A DNA stretch of 64,000 bases from Candidatus Deferrimicrobiaceae bacterium (GTDB lineage: Bacteria > Desulfobacterota > Deferrimicrobia > Deferrimicrobiales > Deferrimicrobiaceae): NCBI GenBank assembly GCA_963792415.1, contig CAWBVY010000007.1, positions 160,001 to 224,000 on the forward strand, read 5' to 3'. Below are positions 29,971 through 38,814 of this stretch, piece after piece; the stretch's first letter is position 1, and each line of letters begins with the position of its first letter. The position numbers and the translations under genes were made by a program. The notes beneath the pieces are model-generated. The model had not been told where the DNA came from. It ran no database searches and saw only the letters and a list, made by a program, of their open reading frames with translations.

Positions 29971-31361
29971 GCCGCCTGCCCGGAGACGACGCGAAGGGCG
30001 GGGACGCCCCTCCCGTCCTGCGGTACGACGGGCGGCGGCTGGCTCCCGCCCGGCATCAGCCCGTGCGGGAGGTCCCCGTCGCCCTTTCGGTCAACGGCGT
30101 CGCGCTCGCGACGCTGATCGCCTCGCCCCACGACCTGCATTTCCTGGTGGCCGGTTTCCTTCGCATGCAGGGACTGGTCCGGTCCGCCGGGGACCTCCTG
30201 ACCTTGAGCGTGTGCGAAGACTTCGGCGCGGCGTCCGTCCGGATCCGGGGAGACGTGCCGGACCGGATCACGCCGACCTACACCTCGGGATGCGGCGCGG
30301 GGATCAGCTTCCACGTCCCGGCCTCCGCCGGTCGCCCGGTCCAGGTCCCCTCCGCGGGACCGTCGGTTGCGCCGGAGTCGCTTTTTTCGGCGATGGACGC
30401 GCTGGGGAGGGCGTCCGAGGCGTACCGCGGGAGCGGAGGGATCCACTCCGCCGGGGCCTGGGACGGCGAGCGGCTCCTCCTGTTCGCCGAGGATATCGGG
30501 CGGCACAACACGATCGACCGGATCGCGGGGCAGGCGCTCCTGGGCGGGGTCGACCTCGCGGGCCGGATCCTCGTCGCCTCGGGGCGCGTTTCCTCGGAGA
30601 TGGCGGCGAAGGCGGGCTCCCTCGGGATCTCCGTGATCGCCTCGCGCACCTCCCCCACCGACCTCGCGGTCAGGATCTGCGGGGAGCTGGGGATCACGCT
30701 CGTCGGGTACGTGCGGGGCCGCAGGTTCAATGTCTACACCCATCCGGCGCGGATCGCCGCCGTCGCCGCGGAGAGGATCCCCGGGGTCACGGGGGTGATC
30801 CTCGCGGGGGGGCGCTCCGGCCGGATGGGGAGCGACAAGGCGCTCCTGCCGTACCAGGGCGGGCGGTTCATCGAGGCGATCCACCGGCGGATGGAGGAGC
30901 TGTTCGACGAGGTGATCGTCGCCACCGGGGAGACGGCCCGGTACGATTTCCTCCCGTGCCGCCGGGTGACGGATCTCTACCCCGGGATGGGCGCGCTGGG
31001 GGGGATCCACGCGGCGTTGCGGGCGAGCGGCTCGGAGAAGGTCTTTGTCCTGGCGTGCGACATGCCGCACCTCGCTCCGGACCTCATCCAGCACCTGTGC
31101 TCCCTGGCGGAAGAGGCGGACGTGGTGGTGCCCGAGGGGGAGGGGGGTCTGGAGCCGCTTCACGCGGTGTACCGGAAGGGCGTCCTCCCCGCCGTGGAAG
31201 ACGCGCTGAGGAACGGGCAGTGCCGCGTGGTTTCCTTCTTCGACCGGGTGCGCGTCCGCCGCGTTCCCTTCGTGGAGGTGGAGCGGATCGACCCCGATCT
31301 GCGCGCCTTCCGGAACATCAACACTCCCGAGGAGTATTACCGGTTCCGGGACGGGGAGTAA
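29967..31361 (+). CDS. fdhD: FdhD sulfurtransferase fused to MobA Mo-cofactor guanylyltransferase
   Basis: N-half TSGCG, GGIHSA, EDIGRHNTIDR and SGRVSSEM; C-half LAGGRSGRMGSDKA, ACDMP, EPLHAVY and NINTPEE. Confidence 0.92.
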   Translation: MSRLPGDDAKGGDAPPVLRYDGRRLAPARHQPVREVPVALSVNGVALATLIASPHDLHFLVAGFLRMQGLVRSAGDLLTLSVCEDFGAASVRIRGDVPDRITPTYTSGCGAGISFHVPASAGRPVQVPSAGPSVAPESLFSAMDALGRASEAYRGSGGIHSAGAWDGERLLLFAEDIGRHNTIDRIAGQALLGGVDLAGRILVASGRVSSEMAAKAGSLGISVIASRTSPTDLAVRICGELGITLVGYVRGRRFNVYTHPARIAAVAAERIPGVTGVILAGGRSGRMGSDKALLPYQGGRFIEAIHRRMEELFDEVIVATGETARYDFLPCRRVTDLYPGMGALGGIHAALRASGSEKVFVLACDMPHLAPDLIQHLCSLAEEADVVVPEGEGGLEPLHAVYRKGVLPAVEDALRNGQCRVVSFFDRVRVRRVPFVEVERIDPDLRAFRNINTPEEYYRFRDGE

Positions 31362-31377
31362 TCGACAGGAGGGTGCG

Positions 31378-31665
31378 ATGGAAGGACCGCAGAAGCCGAT
31401 GGAGATCCAGGTGACGTTCCCGGAAGACCTCAAGGGCGGCGCCTACTCCAACAGCATGACCGTGACCCACACCCGCGAGGAGTTCGTGCTGGATTTCATG
31501 ATGGTCGCCCCGCCCGCCGGCTCCGTCACCGCGAGGGTCATCCTCTCCCCCGGCCACGCCAAGAGGGTCGTCGCGGCGCTCTCCGAAAACGTCAGGAAGT
31601 ACGAGGAGGCGCACGGGACGATCTTCACGGCCGAGGAGCCGAAGGGGAAGATCGGCATCAACTGA
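31378..31665 (+). CDS. DUF3467-like small protein
   Basis: GAYSN...EEFVLDF...RVILSPGHAKR...YEEAHG pattern. Confidence 0.75.
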   Translation: MEGPQKPMEIQVTFPEDLKGGAYSNSMTVTHTREEFVLDFMMVAPPAGSVTARVILSPGHAKRVVAALSENVRKYEEAHGTIFTAEEPKGKIGIN

Positions 31666-31723
31666 GATCTTCGCCTCCCTCGGCGAATGCCTCAATTCAC
31701 GAACCGATCGCATTCGACCGCCG

Positions 31724-32509
31724 CTATCGTCCCTCGAACCGGGCGGGCCGCTTGTCGAGGAACGCCCGGATCCCCTCCCGGAAATCCCGGGTTCCCGCGC
31801 ACCGCGAGATGTTCTGCCGTTCCTCCTCGAGCTGGGCCTCCAGGGGTTGGGAGAGCGCCCGGTTGTACAGCTCCTTCGCCCTGGCGTACGCGAGCGTGGG
31901 GCCGGAAGCGAGCCGGTTCGCCAGCGCATCGACCCCGGCGGCGAACTCCGCGTCCGGGAAGATCTCCTGCACCAGTCCCCACTCGGCGGCCCGGTCCGCC
32001 GGGAGGACCCTCGAAAAGAGCGTCATCTCCATCGCCCGCTGCGCCCCCACGGTGCGGGCGAGGAAAAAGGTCATCCCCCCGTCGGGGGAGAGCCCGATGT
32101 TCTGGTACCCGAGGGTGAAGCGCGCGGACGAGGCGGCCACGGCGACGTCGCAGGCGAGCGCCATCGAGAACCCGGCCCCGGCGGCCACGCCGTTGACCGC
32201 CGCGACGACCGGCTTCGGGGCGCGCCGCAGCGTCGCGATCAGCGCGTGCAGGCCGATCGCCATCCCCAGGAACTTTCCCGGCCCCTCGTTCTCGAACGCC
32301 GCGAACGACTCCACGTCGCCGCCGGCGGAGAACGCCTTCCCGGTTCCGGTGAGGACCACGCACCGGACCGACGGGTCCGACGAGACTTCCGAAACCGCCG
32401 ACAGGAGCTCCTCCCCCATTTCCTGGTTGTAGGCGTTCAACCGCTCCGGCCGGTTCATCCGGACCGTCGCGACCCCCCCGTTCCGCCCCACCTGGACGAT
32501 TTCGCTCAT
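31724..32509 (-). CDS. Enoyl-CoA hydratase/isomerase (PaaG-like)
   Basis: [25 protein letters not shown] and GLSPDGG. Confidence 0.92.
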   Translation of the reverse strand: MSEIVQVGRNGGVATVRMNRPERLNAYNQEMGEELLSAVSEVSSDPSVRCVVLTGTGKAFSAGGDVESFAAFENEGPGKFLGMAIGLHALIATLRRAPKPVVAAVNGVAAGAGFSMALACDVAVAASSARFTLGYQNIGLSPDGGMTFFLARTVGAQRAMEMTLFSRVLPADRAAEWGLVQEIFPDAEFAAGVDALANRLASGPTLAYARAKELYNRALSQPLEAQLEEERQNISRCAGTRDFREGIRAFLDKRPARFEGR

Positions 32510-32676
32510 GTCCGCCCCCTCTCTCTCTGCGTCGGCCGGCGGATATCGCCGGCGGTTCGTTCTTTTCGCGGCACCGTAACAATATAATGGATAATAAGTT
32601 GCGGCTTACGATTTCGTCGCCGCATTGTTATTCTTCCACTGTTTCCAGGCCCGTGGACGCGGGCGAAAGGAGAGTC

Positions 32677-34077
32677 ATGCCGACGCTGTTCGAAAAGATC
32701 CGGGACCGGCACGTCGTGACACGACGGGGGGACGACGTTCTCCTCTACATCGATCGCCAGTTGATCCACGAGGTGACGAGCCCCCAGGCGTTCGAGGGGC
32801 TGCGGCTGGCGGGTCGTTCCGTGCGCCGGCCGGGGGCGATGCTGGCCGTGCCCGACCACAACGTCCCGACCACGCCCGAGCGGGCGGAGCGGATCGACGA
32901 CCGCGAGAGCCGCGAGCAGATCGAGGAGTTGAGGAAAAACGCCCTCGGCGCCGGGGTCGCCCTGTTCGACATCACCGATCCGAGGCAGGGGATCGTGCAC
33001 ATCATCGGCCCGGAGGCTGGGCTCGTCCTGCCGGGGATCACGATCGTCTGCGGCGACTCCCACACCGGGACGCTGGGCGCCTTCGGGACGATCGCGTTCG
33101 GCGTCGGCACCTCGGAGGTCGAACACGTTCTCGCCACGCAGACCTTGTGGCAGACGCCGCCGCGTCGGATGCGCGTCACGGTGGACGGCGTGCTCCGCTC
33201 CCTGGTCACGCCGAAGGACGTCATCCTCGCGGTGATCGCGAAGATCGGCGCCTCCGGGGGAACCGGGTACGCGATCGAGTTCGCCGGGGAGACGATCCGG
33301 AAGATGTCGATGGAGGGGCGGATGACGGTGTGCAACATGACGATCGAGGCGGGGGCCCGCTTCGGCCTGATCGCCCCCGACGAGACCACCTTCTCGTACC
33401 TGAAGGGGAGGCCGCTGGCGCCGCCCCCTTCCCTGTGGGACGCCGCGGTCGCGGACTGGAAAATGCTCCCGTCCGACCCGGACGCGGCGTGGGATCGAGA
33501 GGTCGAGATCGACGCATCGAGCCTCGAGCCGCACGTCACCTGGGGCACGAGCCCGCAGGACGCCCTCCCCGTGGGCGGGGTCGTTCCGGACCCGGAGGCG
33601 CAGCCGGACCCCTCGGAGCGGGCGCGGATGCGGCGGGCGCTCGAGTACATGGCGCTTGTCCCGGGGACGCGGATGACCGCGATTCCCGTGGACAAGGTCT
33701 TCATCGGCTCCTGCACGAACGCGCGGATCGAGGACCTGCGCGCCGCCGCCGCGGTGGCGAAGGGGCGGAAGGTCCACGCGAACGTTACGGCACTGGTCGT
33801 TCCGGGGTCGGGGCTGGTGAAGAAACAGGCGGAGGAGGAGGGGCTCGACCGGGTGTTCGTCGAGGCAGGGTTCCAGTGGCGGCTCCCGGGGTGCTCCATG
33901 TGCCTCGGGATGAACCCGGACAAGCTCAAGCCCGGCGAGCGGTGCGCCTCGACGTCGAACCGGAATTTCGAGGGGCGGCAGGGACCGGGGGGGCGGACGC
34001 ACCTGATGAGCCCCGCGATGGCGGCCGCCGCGGCGGTTTCCGGCCGCATCGCGGACGTGCGGGAGGTGGCGCGATGA
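32677..34077 (+). CDS. leuC: 3-isopropylmalate dehydratase large subunit
   Basis: [35 protein letters not shown] and [12 protein letters not shown]. Confidence 0.95.
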   Translation: MPTLFEKIRDRHVVTRRGDDVLLYIDRQLIHEVTSPQAFEGLRLAGRSVRRPGAMLAVPDHNVPTTPERAERIDDRESREQIEELRKNALGAGVALFDITDPRQGIVHIIGPEAGLVLPGITIVCGDSHTGTLGAFGTIAFGVGTSEVEHVLATQTLWQTPPRRMRVTVDGVLRSLVTPKDVILAVIAKIGASGGTGYAIEFAGETIRKMSMEGRMTVCNMTIEAGARFGLIAPDETTFSYLKGRPLAPPPSLWDAAVADWKMLPSDPDAAWDREVEIDASSLEPHVTWGTSPQDALPVGGVVPDPEAQPDPSERARMRRALEYMALVPGTRMTAIPVDKVFIGSCTNARIEDLRAAAAVAKGRKVHANVTALVVPGSGLVKKQAEEEGLDRVFVEAGFQWRLPGCSMCLGMNPDKLKPGERCASTSNRNFEGRQGPGGRTHLMSPAMAAAAAVSGRIADVREVAR

Positions 34078-34700
34078 TCGAAAAGTTCCTGTCGTTGAAC
34101 ACCGTGGGGGTCCCCCTGGACCGGGGGAACGTCGATACGGACGCCATCATCCCGGCGCGGTACCTGAAGACGCTGAAGCGGACGGGACTGGGCGTCGGCC
34201 TCTTCCTCGCGTGGCGGTACGACGCGAAAGGTGCGGAACTGCCCGACTTCCCGTTGAACCGGCCGGCGTACAGGGGCGGCGCGGTCCTGGTGGCGGGCGA
34301 GAACTTCGGCTGCGGCTCCTCGCGCGAGCACGCCGTCTGGGCGTTGATGGACTTCGGTTTCCGCGCGGTGATCGCCCCGTCGTTCAGCGACATCTTCCAG
34401 AACAACTGCCTGAAGAACGGGATGCTCCCCGTGACCCTCCCCGCGGCGGAGGTGCGGTCGCTGATCGACGCCCTTCTGGCCGCCCCGGGCGGCAAGGTCG
34501 AGGTGGACCTGCCGGCGCAGACGGTCCGGGGGCCGAACGGCGACGTCCACCGGTTCGCCATCGATCCGTTCGCGAAGAAGTGCCTCCTCGAGGGGTTGGA
34601 CGAGATCGCAATGACCCTCACGAGCGCGGCCGAGATCGATCGGTACGAGCGGGAGAGGAAGAAGACGACGCCGTGGCTGTTCCTGGATCTCGCCGGATGA
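34074..34700 (+). CDS. leuD: 3-isopropylmalate dehydratase small subunit
   Basis: [10 protein letters not shown] and [15 protein letters not shown]; ATGA overlap with leuC. Confidence 0.95.
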   Translation: MIEKFLSLNTVGVPLDRGNVDTDAIIPARYLKTLKRTGLGVGLFLAWRYDAKGAELPDFPLNRPAYRGGAVLVAGENFGCGSSREHAVWALMDFGFRAVIAPSFSDIFQNNCLKNGMLPVTLPAAEVRSLIDALLAAPGGKVEVDLPAQTVRGPNGDVHRFAIDPFAKKCLLEGLDEIAMTLTSAAEIDRYERERKKTTPWLFLDLAG

Positions 34701-35626
34701 GCGCGGCCCCGAAGGAAGGGGCCGGGAAGTTCCCGATCGCACTCGTCCAGATGGCGATGGGGACGGACCCGCGGGAGAACCTCGAAAAAGGCGCGGACCG
34801 GGTCCGAGAGGCGGCACGCCGGGGGGCCCGGGTGGTGTGCCTTCCCGAACTGTTCCGCACCCGGTACTTCTGCCAGACCGAGGAGACGGCCTTCTTCGAC
34901 CTCGCGGAGCCGCTTCCGGGGCCGACCACGGACGCTCTCTCTGCGGCGGCGCGGGATGCCGGCATCGTCGTGATCGCCCCGGTGTTCGAGCGCAGGGCTC
35001 CCGGGGTGTGCCACAACAGCGCCGCGGTGATCGACGCCGACGGGACGATCGCCGGAATCTACCGGAAGATGCACGTCCCGGACGATCCGGGATTCTACGA
35101 GAAGTTCTACTTCACCCCGGGGGACCTCGGTTTTCGCGCCTTCGACACCCGCGCGGGGCGGATCGGCGTTCTCATCTGCTGGGACCAGTGGTACCCGGAA
35201 GGCGCCCGCCTGACGGCGCTCGCCGGCGCGAGCGTCCTCTTCTACCCGACGGCGATCGGATGGCACCCCCGCGAAAAGCGGGAGCATGGGGAGCGGCAGC
35301 GCGACGCCTGGCGCACCGTCCAGCGGGGGCACGCCATCGCGAACGGCGTCTACGTCGCGGCGGTCAACCGGTCGGGGAAGGAGGTTCCGCCCGGCGGCGG
35401 CGACGGGATCGAATTCTGGGGATCCTCGTTCCTGTGCGGCCCGCAGGGCGAGATCCTGACCGAGGCGTCGGCGGACCGGGAGGAGATCCTCTTCGCCGAG
35501 GTCGACCTTGCACGCATCGAGGAGGTGCGACGGAACTGGCCGTTCCTGCGGGATCGGCGGATCGACGCCTACGGGGGGATCACGAGCCGCGTCCTCGACG
35601 GCGAGCCGTGGGGGAAAGGGCGGTGA
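34697..35626 (+). CDS. aguB: N-carbamoylputrescine amidase (carbon-nitrogen hydrolase)
   Basis: LPELF, YRKMHVPDDPGFYEKFYF, ICWDQWYPE and YPTAIGW. Confidence 0.9.
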   Translation: MSAAPKEGAGKFPIALVQMAMGTDPRENLEKGADRVREAARRGARVVCLPELFRTRYFCQTEETAFFDLAEPLPGPTTDALSAAARDAGIVVIAPVFERRAPGVCHNSAAVIDADGTIAGIYRKMHVPDDPGFYEKFYFTPGDLGFRAFDTRAGRIGVLICWDQWYPEGARLTALAGASVLFYPTAIGWHPREKREHGERQRDAWRTVQRGHAIANGVYVAAVNRSGKEVPPGGGDGIEFWGSSFLCGPQGEILTEASADREEILFAEVDLARIEEVRRNWPFLRDRRIDAYGGITSRVLDGEPWGKGR

Positions 35627-36696
35627 CCCCCGCGGAAGGAGAAACGGGGGGCAGTTTCCGGATGCCCGCGGAGTGGGAGCCCCACGAGGCGACCTGGATC
35701 GGCTGGCCGCACAACCGCTCCGACTGGCCGGGAAAGTTCGCGGCCATCCCGTGGGTCTACGGGGAGATCGTCCGGAAGATCTCCGCCGGCGAGGACGTCC
35801 GGATCCTGGTCGCGTCGAAGCCGCACGAGGCGAAGGCGGTCCGGCTCCTCTCCCGCGTCGGGGTGGATCCGTCCCGCGTCTCTTTCTTCCGTTTCCCGAC
35901 CGATCGCGGGTGGACGCGCGATTTCGGCCCGATCTTCGTCCGCAGGGAGCGCCCGAGGCGCGAAGTGGCCGTCGCCGGGTTCGGGTTCAACGCGTGGGCG
36001 CGATACCCGGACTGGCGGAAGGACGCGGGCATCGCCGCGCGGGCCGCGAAGGCGCTCGGAGTGAAGTTCCTTCCGGTCCGGTTCCGTGGAAAGCGCGTCG
36101 TTCTGGAAGGGGGCGCGATCGAGGTCAACGGGCGGGGAACGCTGATCGCGACGGAGGAGTGCCTCCTCGACCCGGAGGTCCAGGTTCGCAACCCGGGGAG
36201 GACCCGGGAGGAGATGATGGAGGTCTTTCGCACGGTTCTCGGCGTCACGAACGTGATCTGGCTGGGGAAGGGGATCGCCGGGGACGACACGCACGGCCAT
36301 GTGGACGATTTGTGCCGCTTCACGGGCCCCCGCACGGTGGTGCTGTGCCGGGAGACGGATCCGCGGGACGGGAATCATCGCGTGCTGGAGGAAAACCGGG
36401 AGAGGCTCGCGTCCGCCCGGCTGGAAGACGGTTCCCGGCCCGAGGTGGTGCCGCTGCCGATGCCCGCGCCGCTGCGCTTCGACGGGATCCGCCTGCCGGC
36501 CAGCTACGCCAACTTCTACGCCTGCAACGCGGCGGTGCTCGTCCCCACCTTCAACGACCCGAACGACCGGATCGCGCTCGGGGTCCTCTCCGAGCTGTTC
36601 CGGGACCGGCCGGTGGTCGGGATCCACGCCGTGGATCTCGTGTGGGGGTTCGGCACGCTCCACTGCCTGACGCAGCAGCAGCCGGCGTCCGCTTGA
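35623..36696 (+). CDS. aguA: Agmatine deiminase
   Basis: RMPAEWEPHEATW, WTRDFGP, LEGGAIE, DDTHGHVDD and GTLHCLTQQ. Confidence 0.93.
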   Translation: MTPAEGETGGSFRMPAEWEPHEATWIGWPHNRSDWPGKFAAIPWVYGEIVRKISAGEDVRILVASKPHEAKAVRLLSRVGVDPSRVSFFRFPTDRGWTRDFGPIFVRRERPRREVAVAGFGFNAWARYPDWRKDAGIAARAAKALGVKFLPVRFRGKRVVLEGGAIEVNGRGTLIATEECLLDPEVQVRNPGRTREEMMEVFRTVLGVTNVIWLGKGIAGDDTHGHVDDLCRFTGPRTVVLCRETDPRDGNHRVLEENRERLASARLEDGSRPEVVPLPMPAPLRFDGIRLPASYANFYACNAAVLVPTFNDPNDRIALGVLSELFRDRPVVGIHAVDLVWGFGTLHCLTQQQPASA

Positions 36697-36707
36697 GGGG
36701 ATGTGGA

Positions 36708-37025
36708 ATGCCGGCGAGAATCATCGCGTCCGTCCTCGTCGCGGCCTTCGCCCTGGCGCTGTTCCTCGCGCCGGCCGCCGCTGAGGAGCGGACGGTACTG
36801 GGGACGATCGTCCGGCTCGATCCCGCGGAAGGCGTGCTGGTCGTTCGGGACGCCGCGGGAGCGTCGTGGAGCTTCAAGGTCGAGGCCGACGCCGGGATCG
36901 ACCTGTCGGCGTTCCGCCGGGGCGACCGGGTCAAGGTGTCGATCGGCCGCGCGACTCCGCTCAACATGATCACGGCGGCGGACCTGCTGCGCAAGGGGGA
37001 CCGGGTCGAGGTGGCACCGTACTGA
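36708..37025 (+). CDS. Small exported hypothetical protein (OB-fold-like)
   Basis: Signal peptide ending AAA; beta-rich with GDRV motifs. Confidence 0.7.
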   Translation: MPARIIASVLVAAFALALFLAPAAAEERTVLGTIVRLDPAEGVLVVRDAAGASWSFKVEADAGIDLSAFRRGDRVKVSIGRATPLNMITAADLLRKGDRVEVAPY

Positions 37026-37061
37026 CCGGTCGGGCGGCGCAACCCGAAAGGAGGCGGATTC

Positions 37062-37190
37062 GTGAGCAAATGGGTCGTCCTGTGCCCCGAGTGCGGGGAG
37101 GAGTTCAAGATCGACGTGGAGGAGATCCCGGAGCGTTGCCCCCTTTGCAAGCACGAGGGGAGCTTCGAGATCGTGGACGTGGACGAATGA
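37062..37190 (+). CDS. 42-aa acidic zinc-ribbon/rubredoxin-like protein (below the ORF-track cutoff)
   Basis: AAAGGAGG RBS and GTG start; MSKWVVLCPECGEEFKIDVEEIPERCPLCKHEGSFEIVDVDE*. Confidence 0.8.
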   Translation: MSKWVVLCPECGEEFKIDVEEIPERCPLCKHEGSFEIVDVDE

Positions 37191-37196
37191 GGTGAA

Positions 37197-38810
37197 ATGG
37201 CCGGCCCGGACCTCCTGCTGATTCACCCGCCCGCCGCCCGGGCCGCGGAACCGCCGCTGGGGACGGCGGTGCTCCTGTCCCACCTGCGCAGGGGAGGCGC
37301 GACGGCGGAGGCGATCGACGCCAACCTCGAGGCGCACCTTTACCTTCTCGACGGGGAGCGACTGGCGCACGCCGCCGGCCCCGCGCCCGCGATCGCTCTC
37401 CACCGGGCCATGACGGGCGTCCCCGAGGCGCTCTCCTTCCTCCGTTCCCCCGATGCCGGAAGATCGTTTCCGCGGTACGCCGCCGCCGCGCGCCGCCTGA
37501 ACACGGCGCTCTCCGCGCACCGCGGCGCAGGCGGGCGCGAACGTTGGACGCTCGGCGACTACGTCCACGCCGATCTCTCGGAATATTCTCCCCGGGATCT
37601 CTCGCTCGCGGCGTCCGGGAAGGCGGGAACGATCTTCTCCGGCTACTTCCGCGACGCCCTCCTCCCCCGCGTCGACAGGATGCGTCCGCGCGGCGTCGCG
37701 ATCTCCGTCAACTACCGGCACCAGGTCCTCCCCGCGTTCGAGCTTGCGGGGCTGCTGCGACGCCGCCTGCCGGGCGTCGCCCTCTACGGCGGTGGCGGGA
37801 TGTTCACCTCCTGGAGGAGTTCGCTCCGCGGCATGGAGCTTTCGTTCCTCCCCTTCGACCGGGTCGGGTTCGGTCCGGGGGAGAGCGCCCTCGCCGCGGC
37901 GGCCGGGGGCGCGTCACCGGGCGGCGGCGTCTTTTTCGAGGACGGGGAAGCGGTGGAGTTCCTCCCCGATTTCGGGTTCGCGACCCTCCGGGAGTACCTG
38001 TCCCCGGAGCCGGTCCTCCCCGTCACCGCCACGCGGGGATGCTACTGGAGGAGATGCCGGTTCTGCCCCGAGGCGGTCGCCCCCATCCATCCGTACCGGG
38101 CGACGGCCCCGGGGACGTTCCCCACGCTTCTGCGGGCGCTGTCCGACCGGTACGGCGTCCGGCGGTTTCACCTGACGGACAACGCGATCCCGGTGGCCAC
38201 CCTCCGGTCGATGGCGGACGCGGGGAGCGCGCTGCGCGGCCTTTCGTGGCACGGGTTCGCCCGGTTCGAGCGGGAGCTGCTCGAACCGGGGTTCGCTTCC
38301 TCCCTGGCCGCCGCGGGTTGCTCGATGCTTCAGCTGGGGCTGGAGAGCGGATCGCAGCCGCTCCTCGATCGGATGGGAAAGGGGACGCGCGTCGCCGACG
38401 CCTCGGCGATCCTGTCGAACCTCTCCCGCGCGGGGATCGTCGCCTACGTGTACGTGATGCTCGGCGCCCCGGGAGAGACGGAGGGCGACGCGGAGCGGAC
38501 GCGGTCGTTCCTCTCGGAGCATGCCGGGGAGATCGGATTCCTGAACCTGTCGATCCTCAACATGCCGCGCGATGCCTCCTGGCCGGGGATCGCCGGTGGG
38601 GGCGCACCGCGGGAGGGCGGGTTCAACGACGAGGACGAGCCGCTCGGCCTGTACAGGCGGGTCCCGGCGAGCGGCGGCTGGGGGAGGCCGCAGGCCCGGC
38701 GGTTTTTGCAGAAGCGCGTCCTGGGCGACCCGGCGATCCGCGCCATCGCGGCCCGAACCCCGCCCTGGTTCGGCGACAGCCACGCCTTCTTCTTCCGCGG
38801 AGCGACCTGA
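37197..38810 (+). CDS. Radical SAM protein with B12-binding-like N-terminal region
   Basis: TRGCYWRRCRFC (CxxxCxxC), LGLESGS, GAPGET; N-terminal LLLIHPP...PPLG. Confidence 0.88.
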   Translation: MAGPDLLLIHPPAARAAEPPLGTAVLLSHLRRGGATAEAIDANLEAHLYLLDGERLAHAAGPAPAIALHRAMTGVPEALSFLRSPDAGRSFPRYAAAARRLNTALSAHRGAGGRERWTLGDYVHADLSEYSPRDLSLAASGKAGTIFSGYFRDALLPRVDRMRPRGVAISVNYRHQVLPAFELAGLLRRRLPGVALYGGGGMFTSWRSSLRGMELSFLPFDRVGFGPGESALAAAAGGASPGGGVFFEDGEAVEFLPDFGFATLREYLSPEPVLPVTATRGCYWRRCRFCPEAVAPIHPYRATAPGTFPTLLRALSDRYGVRRFHLTDNAIPVATLRSMADAGSALRGLSWHGFARFERELLEPGFASSLAAAGCSMLQLGLESGSQPLLDRMGKGTRVADASAILSNLSRAGIVAYVYVMLGAPGETEGDAERTRSFLSEHAGEIGFLNLSILNMPRDASWPGIAGGGAPREGGFNDEDEPLGLYRRVPASGGWGRPQARRFLQKRVLGDPAIRAIAARTPPWFGDSHAFFFRGAT

Positions 38811-38814
38811 GTTC

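Noticed and set aside
37062-37190. LysW amino-group carrier protein
   Set aside because: Shares CPECG and acidity but lacks the C-terminal EDWGE, and no lysX/argX is nearby
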